Shown here: positions 26,961 through 36,957 of the stretch, one piece after another
How positions within the stretch are numbered: the first letter of the stretch is position 1
How the letters are laid out: every line of letters starts with the position of its first letter
From: Acidimicrobiales bacterium
GTDB taxonomy: Bacteria; Actinomycetota; Acidimicrobiia; Acidimicrobiales; CADCTF01
Assembly (NCBI GenBank): GCA_035540495.1
Contig: DATLGL010000064.1
Coordinates: 68,265 to 132,264, forward strand
DNA: 64,000 bases
Reading direction: 5' to 3'
Notes under the pieces: generated by a model
The model's database searches: none
What the model saw: the letters and a program-made list of their open reading frames with translations, nothing else
What the model was told of the DNA's origin: nothing
Translations under genes and position numbers: made by a program

Positions 26961-28208
26961 TCAGCCGAAGCGAAGCAGGTGGTACTGCTTGCGGCCGCGA
27001 CGCAGGATCGCGTAGCGGCCGTGCAGGGTGTCGGTTGACGGGTCGATCGTCGCCGACTCGTCGGTGACCTTGCGGTTGTTGAGCGACACCGCGCCCTGCT
27101 GCAGCTGGCGCCGCGCATCCGACTTCGACGAGCACAGCCCGGCCCGGGCCAGCGCGTCGATCACGGCGATCGGCTCGCGCGGAACCGTCGTCGACGGCGC
27201 CTCTGCGAACACGTCGAGCAGCGTCTGCTCGTCGAGTGACGCGATCTCCTCCGAGAACAACACCGTCGAGGCGTGCGCGGCGCGGTTGGCCTCCTGCTTC
27301 CCGTGCACGAGATCGGTGACCTCGTACGCCAGCACCTTCTGCGCCTCTCGCTTCTCCGGCCGTTCCTTCGTCGCCTCGTCGAGATCCTCGATCCGCTCGC
27401 GATCGAGCCACGTGAAGTACCGGAGATAGGCGCCGACGACGGCGTCGTCGCTCTGCACCATGAACTGGTACAGCTGGTACGGGCTGGTCTTGCGCCGGTC
27501 GAGCCACACCGTTCCCGACACGCTCTTGCCGAACTTCGTGCCGTCGGACTTCAGCACGAGCGGCGTCGTCAGCCCGTAGGCGGTCTCGCCCCGCACCTTG
27601 CGGATGAGCTCGACGCCCATCGTGATGTTGCCCCACTGGTCGCTGGCGCCCATCTGCAGCCGACAGCCGTGGGTGTCGAACAGGTGGAGGAAGTCCATCG
27701 CCTGCAGGAGCATGTAGGAGAACTCGGTGTAGGAGATCGCCTTGTCGGGGTCCTCCACCCGGGTCTTCACCATCTCCTTGGCGATCATCTGGTTGATCGT
27801 GAAGTGCTTGCCGACGTCGCGCAGGAAGTCGAGCACCGACATCGCCCTCGTCCACTCCGCGTTGTCGACGACGATCGCGCCGGGGAGGAACCGCTCGATC
27901 TGGTCCCGGATGCCGGCGAGGTTCTCGGCGAGCGTGTCGGAGTCGAGGAGGTTGCGCTCCTCGCTCTTGCCGCCGGGATCACCGATCATCCCGGTGGCCC
28001 CGCCAGCGAGCCCGATCACCTGGTGGCCCCCGTCCTGCATGCGGCGCAGGTTGCACAGCTGCAGGAGGTTGCCGATGTGGAGGCTGTCGGCGGAGGGGTC
28101 GAAGCCGATGTAGGCCGTCATGCCGCCTATGTCCAACAGCTTGGGCAGCTCCGGGTCGGTGAGGTCGTGCACCAACCCGCGCCAGGACAGCTCGTCGAAC
28201 AAGGCCAT
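26961..28208 (-). CDS. tyrS: tyrosine--tRNA ligase
   Basis: Start set to ATG 28208 (MALFDELSWRGLV). HIGN (HIGH motif), KFGKS (KMSKS motif) and an S4-like C-terminus. Confidence 0.9.
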   Translation of the reverse strand: MALFDELSWRGLVHDLTDPELPKLLDIGGMTAYIGFDPSADSLHIGNLLQLCNLRRMQDGGHQVIGLAGGATGMIGDPGGKSEERNLLDSDTLAENLAGIRDQIERFLPGAIVVDNAEWTRAMSVLDFLRDVGKHFTINQMIAKEMVKTRVEDPDKAISYTEFSYMLLQAMDFLHLFDTHGCRLQMGASDQWGNITMGVELIRKVRGETAYGLTTPLVLKSDGTKFGKSVSGTVWLDRRKTSPYQLYQFMVQSDDAVVGAYLRYFTWLDRERIEDLDEATKERPEKREAQKVLAYEVTDLVHGKQEANRAAHASTVLFSEEIASLDEQTLLDVFAEAPSTTVPREPIAVIDALARAGLCSSKSDARRQLQQGAVSLNNRKVTDESATIDPSTDTLHGRYAILRRGRKQYHLLRFG

Positions 28209-28254
28209 GGGTCCAAGTGTGCCCCGACGGGCCGTACCATCCGAAACGGAAAAC

Positions 28255-29169
28255 ATGCACCGCCCCGACGCATCGGATCGCTTCCGCCCGCCCCACCTCG
28301 TCGACCTCCGCAGAACGCTCGGTCCCTCGCTCCGGTTCCCCACCGGTGTGGTCCGGCCCGACGGCCTGTGGCGCGCCACCCGCACGCCAGAGGGCACGGC
28401 GACCGTCCGGCTGCGTTCGACGAGCGGTGGTGCGATCGACGTGCAGGCGTGGGGCGACGGATCGCGTTGGGCCGTGTCGCACGCGCCGGAGATCGTCGGT
28501 GCGAATGATGAGGCGGACGGCTTCTCGCCGCTCGGGCATCCGGTGGTGCGCGACCTGATCGCGCGGTTCCCGGGCCTGCGGATCCCTCGCACCCGTGCCG
28601 TGTTCGAGCAGCTGACGATCGCCGTCCTCGAGCAGAAGGTGCAGGGCCGTCAGGCCCGCCGCTCCTATCGCGCCATCTGCGCCCGGTGGGGATCGCCGGC
28701 GCCCGGGCCGGGCGCGGCGCTCGGCCTCCGCGTGGCGCCGGCGCCGCAGGAGCTGGCCCGTGTTCCGGCGTGGGCCTTCCACGAGTGCAACGTGGAGCGC
28801 AAGCGGGCGGTCACGCTCGCGGCCGCCGCTCGTTACGCCGACCGTCTCGAGGAATGCGTCGACTTGCCGCCCCTCGCCGCAGCGGCCCGCATGACGACGC
28901 TTCCGGGCATCGGTGCCTGGACAGCGGCGGAGGTCGCGGTCGTCGCGCTCGGAGACGCCGACGCCGTCAGCGTGGGCGACTTCCACCTCCCGAACACGGT
29001 TTCGCACGCGCTCGCCGCCGACGTCCGCGCCGACGACTCCCGCATGCTCGAGCTCCTGGAGCCGTGGCGTGGTCAGCGCGGCCGGGTGGTGAAGCTGATC
29101 GAGGCCGCCGGCATCCGCGCGCCCAAGTTCGGCCCCCGCCTCGCCCTCCACGACATACGCGGGCTATGA
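28255..29169 (+). CDS. HhH-GPD base-excision DNA glycosylase (AlkA / 3-methyladenine glycosylase II-like)
   Basis: Start set to ATG 28255. Helix-hairpin-helix LPGIGAWTAAEV followed by GDADAVSVGD. Confidence 0.7.
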   Translation: MHRPDASDRFRPPHLVDLRRTLGPSLRFPTGVVRPDGLWRATRTPEGTATVRLRSTSGGAIDVQAWGDGSRWAVSHAPEIVGANDEADGFSPLGHPVVRDLIARFPGLRIPRTRAVFEQLTIAVLEQKVQGRQARRSYRAICARWGSPAPGPGAALGLRVAPAPQELARVPAWAFHECNVERKRAVTLAAAARYADRLEECVDLPPLAAAARMTTLPGIGAWTAAEVAVVALGDADAVSVGDFHLPNTVSHALAADVRADDSRMLELLEPWRGQRGRVVKLIEAAGIRAPKFGPRLALHDIRGL

Positions 29170-29176
29170 AGCGAAC

Positions 29177-29698
29177 GTGATCGAGGAGCTGCGACGAGAG
29201 GTCGAGGCACGACGCGGCTACGCCGTGGACGACCGGGAACGGAAGTCGATCGAGCGGTTCCTCGACGAGACCACGCGCCTCGAGCGTCCCTTCGACGAAG
29301 ACGCCGACCCCGTCCACGTGACGGCGAGCGCGATCGTCGTCGGCGAGCGAGGGACCGTCCTCCACCTCCACAAGCGCCTCGGCCTGTGGCTCCAGCCCGG
29401 CGGGCACATCGACGCCGACGAGTCGCCAGCAGACGCGGCCCTTCGCGAGGCGTGGGAGGAGACGGGGCTACCCGTCAGCCACCCGCCCGACGGCCCTCGG
29501 TTCGTCCACGTCGACGTCCACCCCGGACCGAAGGGGCACACGCACCTCGACGTCCGCTACCTGATCTACTCCCCTGACGTCGACCCCGACCCGGGAGAGG
29601 ACGAGTCGCCGTTCGTCCGCTGGTTCGACTTCGACGAGGCGATCGGCCTGGCCGACCCCGGCCTCAGGGGAGCCCTGGTCGCGCTTCGAAACGGGTGA
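29177..29698 (+). CDS. NUDIX hydrolase
   Basis: Nudix box GGHIDADESPADAALREAWEETGL. Confidence 0.85.
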   Translation: MIEELRREVEARRGYAVDDRERKSIERFLDETTRLERPFDEDADPVHVTASAIVVGERGTVLHLHKRLGLWLQPGGHIDADESPADAALREAWEETGLPVSHPPDGPRFVHVDVHPGPKGHTHLDVRYLIYSPDVDPDPGEDESPFVRWFDFDEAIGLADPGLRGALVALRNG

Positions 29699-29721
29699 CG
29701 GCAGTCACCTAGATTTCGGCC

Positions 29722-31272
29722 ATGCACCCCGGCGTCCACGCGGAGAAGAACCCCGACAAGCCCGCCTACATCATGGGCGGGTCCGGTGAGACCGTCACCT
29801 ACCAGCAGCTCGAAGACCGGTCGAACCAGATCGCTCAGCTCCTGCACGACCGCGGGCTCCGGCCGGGCGATGCCATCGCCATCTGCATGGAGAACCACCC
29901 GCGGTACCTGGAGATCTGCTGGGCTGCGCAGCGCTCCGGCCTCTACTACACGTGCGTCTCGTCGCGACTCACGGTGGAGGAGGCGGAGTACATCGTCAAC
30001 GATTGCGGCGCGAAGGCCTACTTCACGTCGCAGTACAAGGCCGACCTCGCCGAGGCGCTCCGCGACCGCATCCCGAACGTGCACACGCGGGTGATGGTGG
30101 ACGGCACCGTCGACGGCTACGAGGCTTACGACGAGCTCGTCGGGGGCTATCCGGCGAAGCCGCTCGACGAGCAGGTCGAGGGCACCGACATGCTGTACTC
30201 CTCGGGAACCACGGGGCGTCCGAAGGGCGTGAAGCCGCCGCTCACCATGTCGCCGTACGGCACGCCCACCGGCGTCACCGCGCTCGGCCAGATGCTCTAC
30301 GGCTTCACCGAGGACAGCATCTACCTGTCGCCGGCGCCGCAGTACCACGCAGCCCCCCTGCGCTTCACGATGGCCCAGCAGCGGCTCGGGTCGACCTCGA
30401 TCATCATGGAGAACTTCGACCCGGTCGAGTTCCTCCGCCTCATCGAGAAGCACAAGGTCACCCACACGCAGGTCGTGCCGACGATGTTCGTGCGCCTGCT
30501 CAAGCTGCCCGAAGACGAGCGCTCGAAGTTCGACGTCTCGAGTCTCCAGACGGTCATCCACGCCGCCGCGCCCTGCCCCATCCCCGTGAAGGAGCAGATG
30601 ATCGAGTGGTGGGGGCCGGTGATCCACGAGTACTACGCGGGCACCGAGGGCAACGGCTTCGTGGCCTGCAACTCCGAAGAGTGGATGGCCCACAAGGGCA
30701 CCGTCGGCAAGCCCCTTCTCGGCACCCTCCACATCTGCGACGACGAGGGCAAGGAGCTCCCGAAGTACGAGTCGGGCACGATCTACTTCGAGGGCGGGTC
30801 GACGTTCGAGTACCACAACGACCCGGAGAAGACGAAGGGCTCGCGCCACCCCGAGCACAGCGACTGGTCGACCCTCGGTGACATCGGCTACGTCGACGAC
30901 GACGGCTTCCTGTTCCTCACGGATCGGAAGGCCAACATGATCATCTCGGGCGGCGTGAACATCTATCCGCAGGAGGCCGAGAACCTGCTCATCACCCACC
31001 CGAAGGTCACCGACGTCGCGGTGTTCGGCATCCCGAACGAGGACTTCGGCGAAGAGGTGAAGGCCGTCGTCCAGCCCGTGAGCATGGACGAGGCGGGCCC
31101 CGAGCTCGAGCGTGAGCTGATCGCGTTCTGCAAGGAGCACCTGGCGTCGTTCAAGTGCCCGCGGTCGATCGACTTCCAGGCCGAGCTCCCGCGCCATCCG
31201 ACCGGGAAGCTCTACAAGCGCCTTCTCAAGGACAAGTACTGGGAAGGCCACCAGACGCGCATCGGCAATTGA
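29722..31272 (+). CDS. AMP-forming acyl-CoA synthetase (FadD-like)
   Basis: YSSGTTGRPKGV, YAGTEG, GDIGYVDDDGFLFLTDR, ISGGVNIYP. Confidence 0.9.
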   Translation: MHPGVHAEKNPDKPAYIMGGSGETVTYQQLEDRSNQIAQLLHDRGLRPGDAIAICMENHPRYLEICWAAQRSGLYYTCVSSRLTVEEAEYIVNDCGAKAYFTSQYKADLAEALRDRIPNVHTRVMVDGTVDGYEAYDELVGGYPAKPLDEQVEGTDMLYSSGTTGRPKGVKPPLTMSPYGTPTGVTALGQMLYGFTEDSIYLSPAPQYHAAPLRFTMAQQRLGSTSIIMENFDPVEFLRLIEKHKVTHTQVVPTMFVRLLKLPEDERSKFDVSSLQTVIHAAAPCPIPVKEQMIEWWGPVIHEYYAGTEGNGFVACNSEEWMAHKGTVGKPLLGTLHICDDEGKELPKYESGTIYFEGGSTFEYHNDPEKTKGSRHPEHSDWSTLGDIGYVDDDGFLFLTDRKANMIISGGVNIYPQEAENLLITHPKVTDVAVFGIPNEDFGEEVKAVVQPVSMDEAGPELERELIAFCKEHLASFKCPRSIDFQAELPRHPTGKLYKRLLKDKYWEGHQTRIGN

Positions 31273-31273
31273 C

Positions 31274-32242
31274 GTGAAGGTCGCGCTCGTCCTGGGCGCG
31301 GGTGGTGTGACCGGCGGTGCGTTCCACGCCGGCGTGCTCGCGGCGCTGCACGACGAGCTGGGCTGGGACGCCCGACGTGCCGACGTCGTCATCGGCACGT
31401 CGGCCGGCTCGATGGCCGGCGCTGCACTGCGGGCGGGGCTCTCGCCACGCGACCTGTACGCCCGAGCGACCGGCCGCCCGTTGAGCGTTGAGGGCGCGCG
31501 ACTCGTGCGTTCGATGCCGCCGCCGCCGAGCCACTTCCCCCTGCGGCGGGAGGTGCGGGCCAGGGCCGGCCGCCGGCCGGCCGCCGCAGCCAACCTCGGA
31601 CGGATGGCGCTGTCGCGCGCGTCGATCGGCGCGATGGCCGCCGCGTTGTTGCCGCGGGGCGAGATCCCGATCGCCGACCTCGCCGCAGGATTCGACCCGT
31701 TGTTCCGCGACGCTTGGCCCCGCGACCCACTGTGGGTGTGTGCCGTCCGGCTCACGGACGGACGACGCGTCGTGTTCGGTCGCGAAGGGCATCCCAAAGC
31801 ACCCGTCGCCCAGGCGGTCGCTTCATCCTGCGCGATCCCCGGCTACTTCTCCCCCGTCGCCATCGACGGCGTCGACCACGTCGATGGCGGCGTCCATTCG
31901 CCGACGAACCTCGACCTCGTCGCGGGCCTCGGCTACGACCTCGTCGTCGTCAGCTCACCGATGTCGATCGCAGGGCGAGGCATCCGGGTCGCGGCCGACA
32001 CCGCCCTTCGCCGGGCGTGCCGTGCGTTCCTCGACCGTGAGGCGATCGCGGTCCGCAGGAGAGGGACGCCCGTCGTCGCGTTCCAGCCGACCCCTGACGA
32101 TGCGAGCGTGATGGGCGTGAACGCGATGGACCCGAGCCGGCGCAGCGAGGTCGCGCGCCGGATCTACGACTCGACGAAGCAGCGCTTGGCGCGAGCAGAC
32201 ATGGGCGAACGCCTGCGGGCGCTGCAGGTCACGTCCGGCTGA
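31274..32242 (+). CDS. patatin-like phospholipase
   Basis: GAGGVTGG oxyanion motif, GTSAG nucleophile elbow, DGGV catalytic Asp motif. Confidence 0.8.
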   Translation: MKVALVLGAGGVTGGAFHAGVLAALHDELGWDARRADVVIGTSAGSMAGAALRAGLSPRDLYARATGRPLSVEGARLVRSMPPPPSHFPLRREVRARAGRRPAAAANLGRMALSRASIGAMAAALLPRGEIPIADLAAGFDPLFRDAWPRDPLWVCAVRLTDGRRVVFGREGHPKAPVAQAVASSCAIPGYFSPVAIDGVDHVDGGVHSPTNLDLVAGLGYDLVVVSSPMSIAGRGIRVAADTALRRACRAFLDREAIAVRRRGTPVVAFQPTPDDASVMGVNAMDPSRRSEVARRIYDSTKQRLARADMGERLRALQVTSG

Positions 32243-32281
32243 GCTCACCGTCGAACGAAGCGACGGCGCCGGACGATACGA

Positions 32282-33808
32282 CTACGCCGGATCTCGCTCC
32301 AACACGATCGGAACGTCGACGCCGGCCGCATCGGCGAGAACCTGCAGTTCGGCCACCATCGCGTCGAGCAGGTCCCAGAGGTCGGGCATGAGCTTCGAGC
32401 ACGCGACGAGTCCGAAGTCGAGCGTGTCGAGGTAGCTCTGGACGGTGACGTTCAGGCCCTGGCCGTCGACGATCGTCGACACCGGGTAGTAGTGCAGCAG
32501 CCGCGCGCCCGCCGAGTACAGGGGCTCCCGCGGACCGGGCACGTTCGAGATCACGAGGTTGACCGGGAGGCGGAAGCGGTTGCCGAGCTCGAGGCGCGTC
32601 GCCAGGCGGCTTGCCCGGGCGAACACCGCGGGCGGCGGGAACTGCGCGAACTCCGTGAGCGCCTCCGCCGGCAACGCGTCGTGCAGTCCCTTGCCGACCA
32701 TCATCGCCTCGTGGACCTTGCGCACCCGCTCGAGCGGCTCTGGTTCGTTCGTCGGGAGGTTCGCGAAGATCGCCGAGACGCGATTCGTCCACTTCTCGGT
32801 CTCCTCGCCCGTGCGCACCGACACCGGGATCATCGAGACGAGCGGCTGATCGGGCAGTTCGCCCCGCTTCTCCAAGTACGTCCGGAGCCCGCCCGCGCAG
32901 GCCGCCATCACGACGTCGTTGACCGTCGCGCCCAGCGCGTTCTTGATCGACTTCACCGCGTCGAGCGACGTCGATCGGAAAGCGAACTTGCGGTGGGGCG
33001 AGATCGCTGCGTTGAACGGGGTCTTCGGCGCGTTCAGGGACGGCAGCTGCAGAGGCGCATCGTCGCGCTCCTCCGGTCGAGGCCGCCCGAGGTTGAGCAC
33101 GGTGCCCAGCGGACCGCGCAGCGACGACCGGAGCTGCGTGCCTGCGGCCTGCAGCAACGGGTTGCGGGTGGCGCGCCCGACGTCGCGCATGGTGCGGGCA
33201 GAGAGGAGCAGCATCCTTCCTGGCTTGCGAGCCATGCTGAGGAGGGCCCTGGCGAGGACCTCGGTGTCGGCCGGAACGCGCTCGGGACGGCGGATCTCCT
33301 CGACCGGAAGCGGGATCTCGTCGCCGTCGGGGCTCGGAGTCCGGTCGAGCATCATCGTGAGGAGCTCGGCGCCCGACGCGCCGTCGATCGTCGAGTGGTG
33401 GACCTTGGTGAGGATCGCGAACCGCCCGCCGTCGAGCCCCTCGATCACGTACGACTCCCACAGCGGGCGCGTGCGGTCGAGCGGCCGGCCGATGATGCGC
33501 CCGACGAGGTCCGCGAGCTGTCGCTCATCACCGGGCGGAGGGACCGCGCTGTGTCGAACGTGGAAGTCGAGGTCGAAGTGCGGGTCTTCGATCCAGAACG
33601 GGTGATCGAGACCGAACGGCACCTCGACGAGCCGTCGGGTCAGCGGTTCGAGCAGGTGCAGGCGGCGCTCCACCTGCGCTCGCCACGACTCGAACGGTCG
33701 GTAGTGGCCGTCGGGCGGCTCGTAGATCGACACGCTCGACACGTGTCCGAACTGGTTGGGCGTCTCCATGTGCAGGAACGACGCATCGAGACCAGACAGC
33801 TGCTTCAT
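32282..33808 (-). CDS. wax ester synthase / diacylglycerol acyltransferase (WS/DGAT)
   Basis: HHSTIDGASG (the HHxxxDG active-site motif) and an N-terminus LSGLDASFLHMET typical of the family. Confidence 0.85.
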   Translation of the reverse strand: MKQLSGLDASFLHMETPNQFGHVSSVSIYEPPDGHYRPFESWRAQVERRLHLLEPLTRRLVEVPFGLDHPFWIEDPHFDLDFHVRHSAVPPPGDERQLADLVGRIIGRPLDRTRPLWESYVIEGLDGGRFAILTKVHHSTIDGASGAELLTMMLDRTPSPDGDEIPLPVEEIRRPERVPADTEVLARALLSMARKPGRMLLLSARTMRDVGRATRNPLLQAAGTQLRSSLRGPLGTVLNLGRPRPEERDDAPLQLPSLNAPKTPFNAAISPHRKFAFRSTSLDAVKSIKNALGATVNDVVMAACAGGLRTYLEKRGELPDQPLVSMIPVSVRTGEETEKWTNRVSAIFANLPTNEPEPLERVRKVHEAMMVGKGLHDALPAEALTEFAQFPPPAVFARASRLATRLELGNRFRLPVNLVISNVPGPREPLYSAGARLLHYYPVSTIVDGQGLNVTVQSYLDTLDFGLVACSKLMPDLWDLLDAMVAELQVLADAAGVDVPIVLERDPA

Positions 33809-33850
33809 CGTTGCACCCCCGTGAACGACCGCTTCCTACCGACCCAAGGC

Positions 33851-34642
33851 CTAGTTCAACCGTGCCCTCAGCTGCTTGGCCTTGCTCGCGAGCGCTCGCG
33901 CACGCTCGTCGTCGGCGTCCGGAACGAGATCTTCGAGGACGTCCGCAGCGGTGTCGAACCGTCCGAGGGCCGCGAGCACGCCGGCCCTCTCGGCCCGTTC
34001 TTCGATCGACGCGGTCGGCAGCAACCCACGCAGGCGGAGGACCCATTCGAGGTTCACGCTGTCCTTCCGTGACAGGTGGACCTGGCGGAGGTTGGCCAGC
34101 ATGCGGGCGACGATGTCGAGCGGTTCCGCGGGCGCGAGCATCGTCGCGTCGAACGGCACGTCATCGCCGTAGAGCGAGCGGAACCGGTCCGCGCACTCCT
34201 CGAGGCTGAGGAAACGCCCGCCTTCGAACGGGTCGATGAACTGCCCTCCGAGGCGCACGAGGAAGTGGCCCGGCATCCCGATCGGCTGGAACGGGACACC
34301 GAGCCGGCGCCCGACCTCGACGAGCACGATCGACAGCGTGATCGGGATGCCTCGGCGGCGCTCGATCACCTGGTCGAGGTAGCTGTTGCGAGCGTCGTAG
34401 TACGTCTCGGTGTCACCGGTGAACCCCTCGACGACGAAGAGCCGATCGAGAACGGCGTCTGCCGAGGGATCCGCGCACGACGCGGCGAGCGCATCGAGTC
34501 GACCGAGGTAGGCGGGAACGTCGAGCGGATCGTGCTCCGGACGGGCATGCGCGGCGATCAGGAGCGCCGCCTCGTCCAGTGACAGGCGGAGCGCATCCGC
34601 CGGACCGCGAACCAGTTCGGCGAAGCGGTCGGTCGCGTCCAC
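33851..34642 (-). CDS. SirB1/YchA-like transglutaminase-fold + TPR-like protein
   Basis: FTGDTETYYDARNSYLDQVIERRRGIPITLSIV..EVGRRLG...GMPGHFLVR, typical of this family. Confidence 0.65.
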   Translation of the reverse strand: MDATDRFAELVRGPADALRLSLDEAALLIAAHARPEHDPLDVPAYLGRLDALAASCADPSADAVLDRLFVVEGFTGDTETYYDARNSYLDQVIERRRGIPITLSIVLVEVGRRLGVPFQPIGMPGHFLVRLGGQFIDPFEGGRFLSLEECADRFRSLYGDDVPFDATMLAPAEPLDIVARMLANLRQVHLSRKDSVNLEWVLRLRGLLPTASIEERAERAGVLAALGRFDTAADVLEDLVPDADDERARALASKAKQLRARLN

Positions 34643-34663
34643 GGCGCTAGGTTACGTAGCCCC

Positions 34664-36265
34664 GTGACCACGCTCGCCCCGTTCGTCACCCGCTACGCCC
34701 CGAACGGGATGGTGTGCAGCGTCGACCACCTCGCTTCCAACGCCGGCGTGAGCGTGATGCGCATTGGTGGCTCCGCCGTCGACGGAGCGATCGCCACGAG
34801 CGCGGTGCTCGCCGTCACGACGCAGCACATGTGCGGCATGGGTGGCGATCTGTTCGCCCTGGTGCACACCGGCGGCACGGATGCTCCGGCGGTGCTGAAC
34901 TCGTCGGGCAGAGCCGGTTCCGGAGCCGACGCCGACCGTGTCCGCAGCGAGGGCCTCGACCGCATCCCCCGTACGGGACACATCGCGGCGGTTCCGGTGC
35001 CCGGCTGCGTCGACGGATGGCTCGCCCTGCACGAGCGGTTCGGACGGCTCCCGTTGCGAGACGTCCTCGCACCGGCGCACGCACTGGCGGTCGACGGCTT
35101 CACCGTGTCCCCCACCCTCGCGGGGTCTGCACGTCGCCTCTTCGACCTCACCGTTCCGGGCGCGGGCGACTACATCGACGGCCGCACCGCGCTGCGGGCC
35201 GGTGATCGGGTCGTTCGCCCCGGTGTGGCGCGGGCCCTGGCCGCGATCGTGCAGCACGGCCGCGACGGCTTCTACGGCGGCGAGTTCGGCGAAGGGCTGA
35301 TCGAAGCCGGCGGCGGGGAGTTCGTGCCCGCGGATCTGGAGACCCCGCTCGCGGACTGGGTCGACGGGCTCGCTGTCGAGGTCTGGCACCGGCGCATCTG
35401 GACCGTCCCGCCGAACTCGCAGGGCTACCTCACCCTCGCCGGGTCGTGGATCGCGGAGCGCCTGCCGCTGCCCGACGCCGCAGACGATCCGGCGTGGCCG
35501 CACCTCCTCGTCGAAGCAGCCCGGCAGGCGGGATTCGACCGCCAGGACGTGCTGCACGAACACGCGGATGGTCGGGCGCTCATCGCGCCCGACCGATTGA
35601 CGCCGCGGCTCGACGCCATCGACCCTGAGCGGGCCGCGACCCTCGGCGGCTCCTTCGACGGAGGCGGCACCATCTACCTGTGCGCGGCCGACGCACGCGA
35701 CGGCATGGCGGTGTCGTTGATCCAGTCGAACTACTCGGGGTTCGGGTCGATGATCATCGAGCCGCGGACGCGGATCTTCCTGCAGAACCGGGGTGCGGGA
35801 TTCAACCTCGTCCCCGGACATCCCGCGGAGTACGGCCCCGGCCGGCGCCCGCCGCACACGCTCGCGCCGGCCCTCGTGACGAAGCTCGACGGCACCTTCG
35901 ACGCCGTCCTCGGCACGATGGGCGGTGACAGCCAGCCGCAGGTCGTCCTCCAGCTCCTCGCTCGCATCTACGGCCCCGGTGTGGCCGAGGAGCCCGGTGA
36001 CGCCATCGCCGCGCCTCGCTTCGTCCTGACCGGCTCGCAGCCCGGCTACGACGTGTGGGACGACGGCGGCCGCGTCACCGTCTCGCTCGACGCGCACGCG
36101 CCGCGAGCGTGGGCGGACGGACTCGCCGCTCGAGGTCATCGCGTCGACCGCCTCCGCCCGTGGTCGTCCGACGCCGGACACGCGCACCTGATCACCGGCG
36201 TCGAAGGCGGCGTCGCGGGCGCAGCAGATCCCCGCAGCCACGGCGGCGCGGCAGCCGGGTTCTGA
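34664..36265 (+). CDS. ggt: gamma-glutamyltransferase
   Basis: GGSAVDGAIA...GMGGDLFALV in the N-terminal part. The autoprocessing/nucleophile region is GGTIYLCAAD. Also SGFGS and a late MGGD. Confidence 0.85.
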   Translation: MTTLAPFVTRYAPNGMVCSVDHLASNAGVSVMRIGGSAVDGAIATSAVLAVTTQHMCGMGGDLFALVHTGGTDAPAVLNSSGRAGSGADADRVRSEGLDRIPRTGHIAAVPVPGCVDGWLALHERFGRLPLRDVLAPAHALAVDGFTVSPTLAGSARRLFDLTVPGAGDYIDGRTALRAGDRVVRPGVARALAAIVQHGRDGFYGGEFGEGLIEAGGGEFVPADLETPLADWVDGLAVEVWHRRIWTVPPNSQGYLTLAGSWIAERLPLPDAADDPAWPHLLVEAARQAGFDRQDVLHEHADGRALIAPDRLTPRLDAIDPERAATLGGSFDGGGTIYLCAADARDGMAVSLIQSNYSGFGSMIIEPRTRIFLQNRGAGFNLVPGHPAEYGPGRRPPHTLAPALVTKLDGTFDAVLGTMGGDSQPQVVLQLLARIYGPGVAEEPGDAIAAPRFVLTGSQPGYDVWDDGGRVTVSLDAHAPRAWADGLAARGHRVDRLRPWSSDAGHAHLITGVEGGVAGAADPRSHGGAAAGF

Positions 36266-36318
36266 GGTTCGACCGCCGGCTCCCGCGCCGGCTCGCCGAT
36301 CTGCACTGGGCCACGTCG

Positions 36319-36942
36319 GTGGGCGACGAGGTCACAATCGACGTCGATCCCGACGCACGACCCAGCGACGCGCCAACCCTCGACGACCTCCTGATCGGGG
36401 CGGGCTTCCAACCGCTGCACACCGTCGGGCCGCCTCGGGCGCGCCGTGTGCTCTCGCTCCCCGACACCCTCGGCCAAGGGATGCGCGTGCTCACGTGCGG
36501 ACTGAATCCAGCGATCTACGCGGCCGAACGCGGCGTCGGCTTCGCCCGCGGCAGCAACCGCTTCTGGAAGGCGGTCCTCGCAGCCGGCCTCGCCAGCGTC
36601 GAGCGCGACCCGCGGCACGCGTTCGACGTGCACGGCCTCGGTATGACCGACCTCTGCAAACGGGCCACGGTGGCGTCGTCGGAGGTCAACGCAGACGAAT
36701 ACAGCGAGGGCGCGCGCCGCGTCGAAGCGCTCGTGCGCTGGCTGCGCCCACGCGTGGTCGCCTTCGTCGGGCTCGAGGGGTGGCGCGCGGCGGTCGACCG
36801 CGGCGCCGCCCCTGGCCTCCAGGACCGCACGTTCGGCGGACGTCCCGCCTACGTGCTGCCTTCGACGAGCGGGCTGAACGCGCACGTCCGCCTCGACGAC
36901 CTCGTCGCCCACTTCCGTGAAGTGGCTCGGCTCGCCCAGTAG
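36319..36942 (+). CDS. mug: G/U mismatch-specific uracil-DNA glycosylase (family 2 UDG)
   Basis: LTCGLNPAIYAA..G.GFA...NRFW and PSTSGLN match the Mug motifs GINPG / NPSGLS. Start uncertain: GTG 36319 (chosen) or ATG 36481. Confidence 0.7.
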   Translation: MGDEVTIDVDPDARPSDAPTLDDLLIGAGFQPLHTVGPPRARRVLSLPDTLGQGMRVLTCGLNPAIYAAERGVGFARGSNRFWKAVLAAGLASVERDPRHAFDVHGLGMTDLCKRATVASSEVNADEYSEGARRVEALVRWLRPRVVAFVGLEGWRAAVDRGAAPGLQDRTFGGRPAYVLPSTSGLNAHVRLDDLVAHFREVARLAQ

Positions 36943-36957
36943 CTACGGTCGCCGGCC

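Noticed and set aside
28209-28254. Possible T-box leader upstream of tyrS
   Set aside because: Only 46 nt separate tyrS from the divergent glycosylase gene, which is far too short for a T-box riboswitch.
29566-31797. 743-aa minus-strand ORF, and likewise the 829-aa plus-strand ORF at 18346..20835
   Set aside because: Both are antisense to genes with unambiguous catalytic motifs (FadD, PutA), so they are shadow ORFs.
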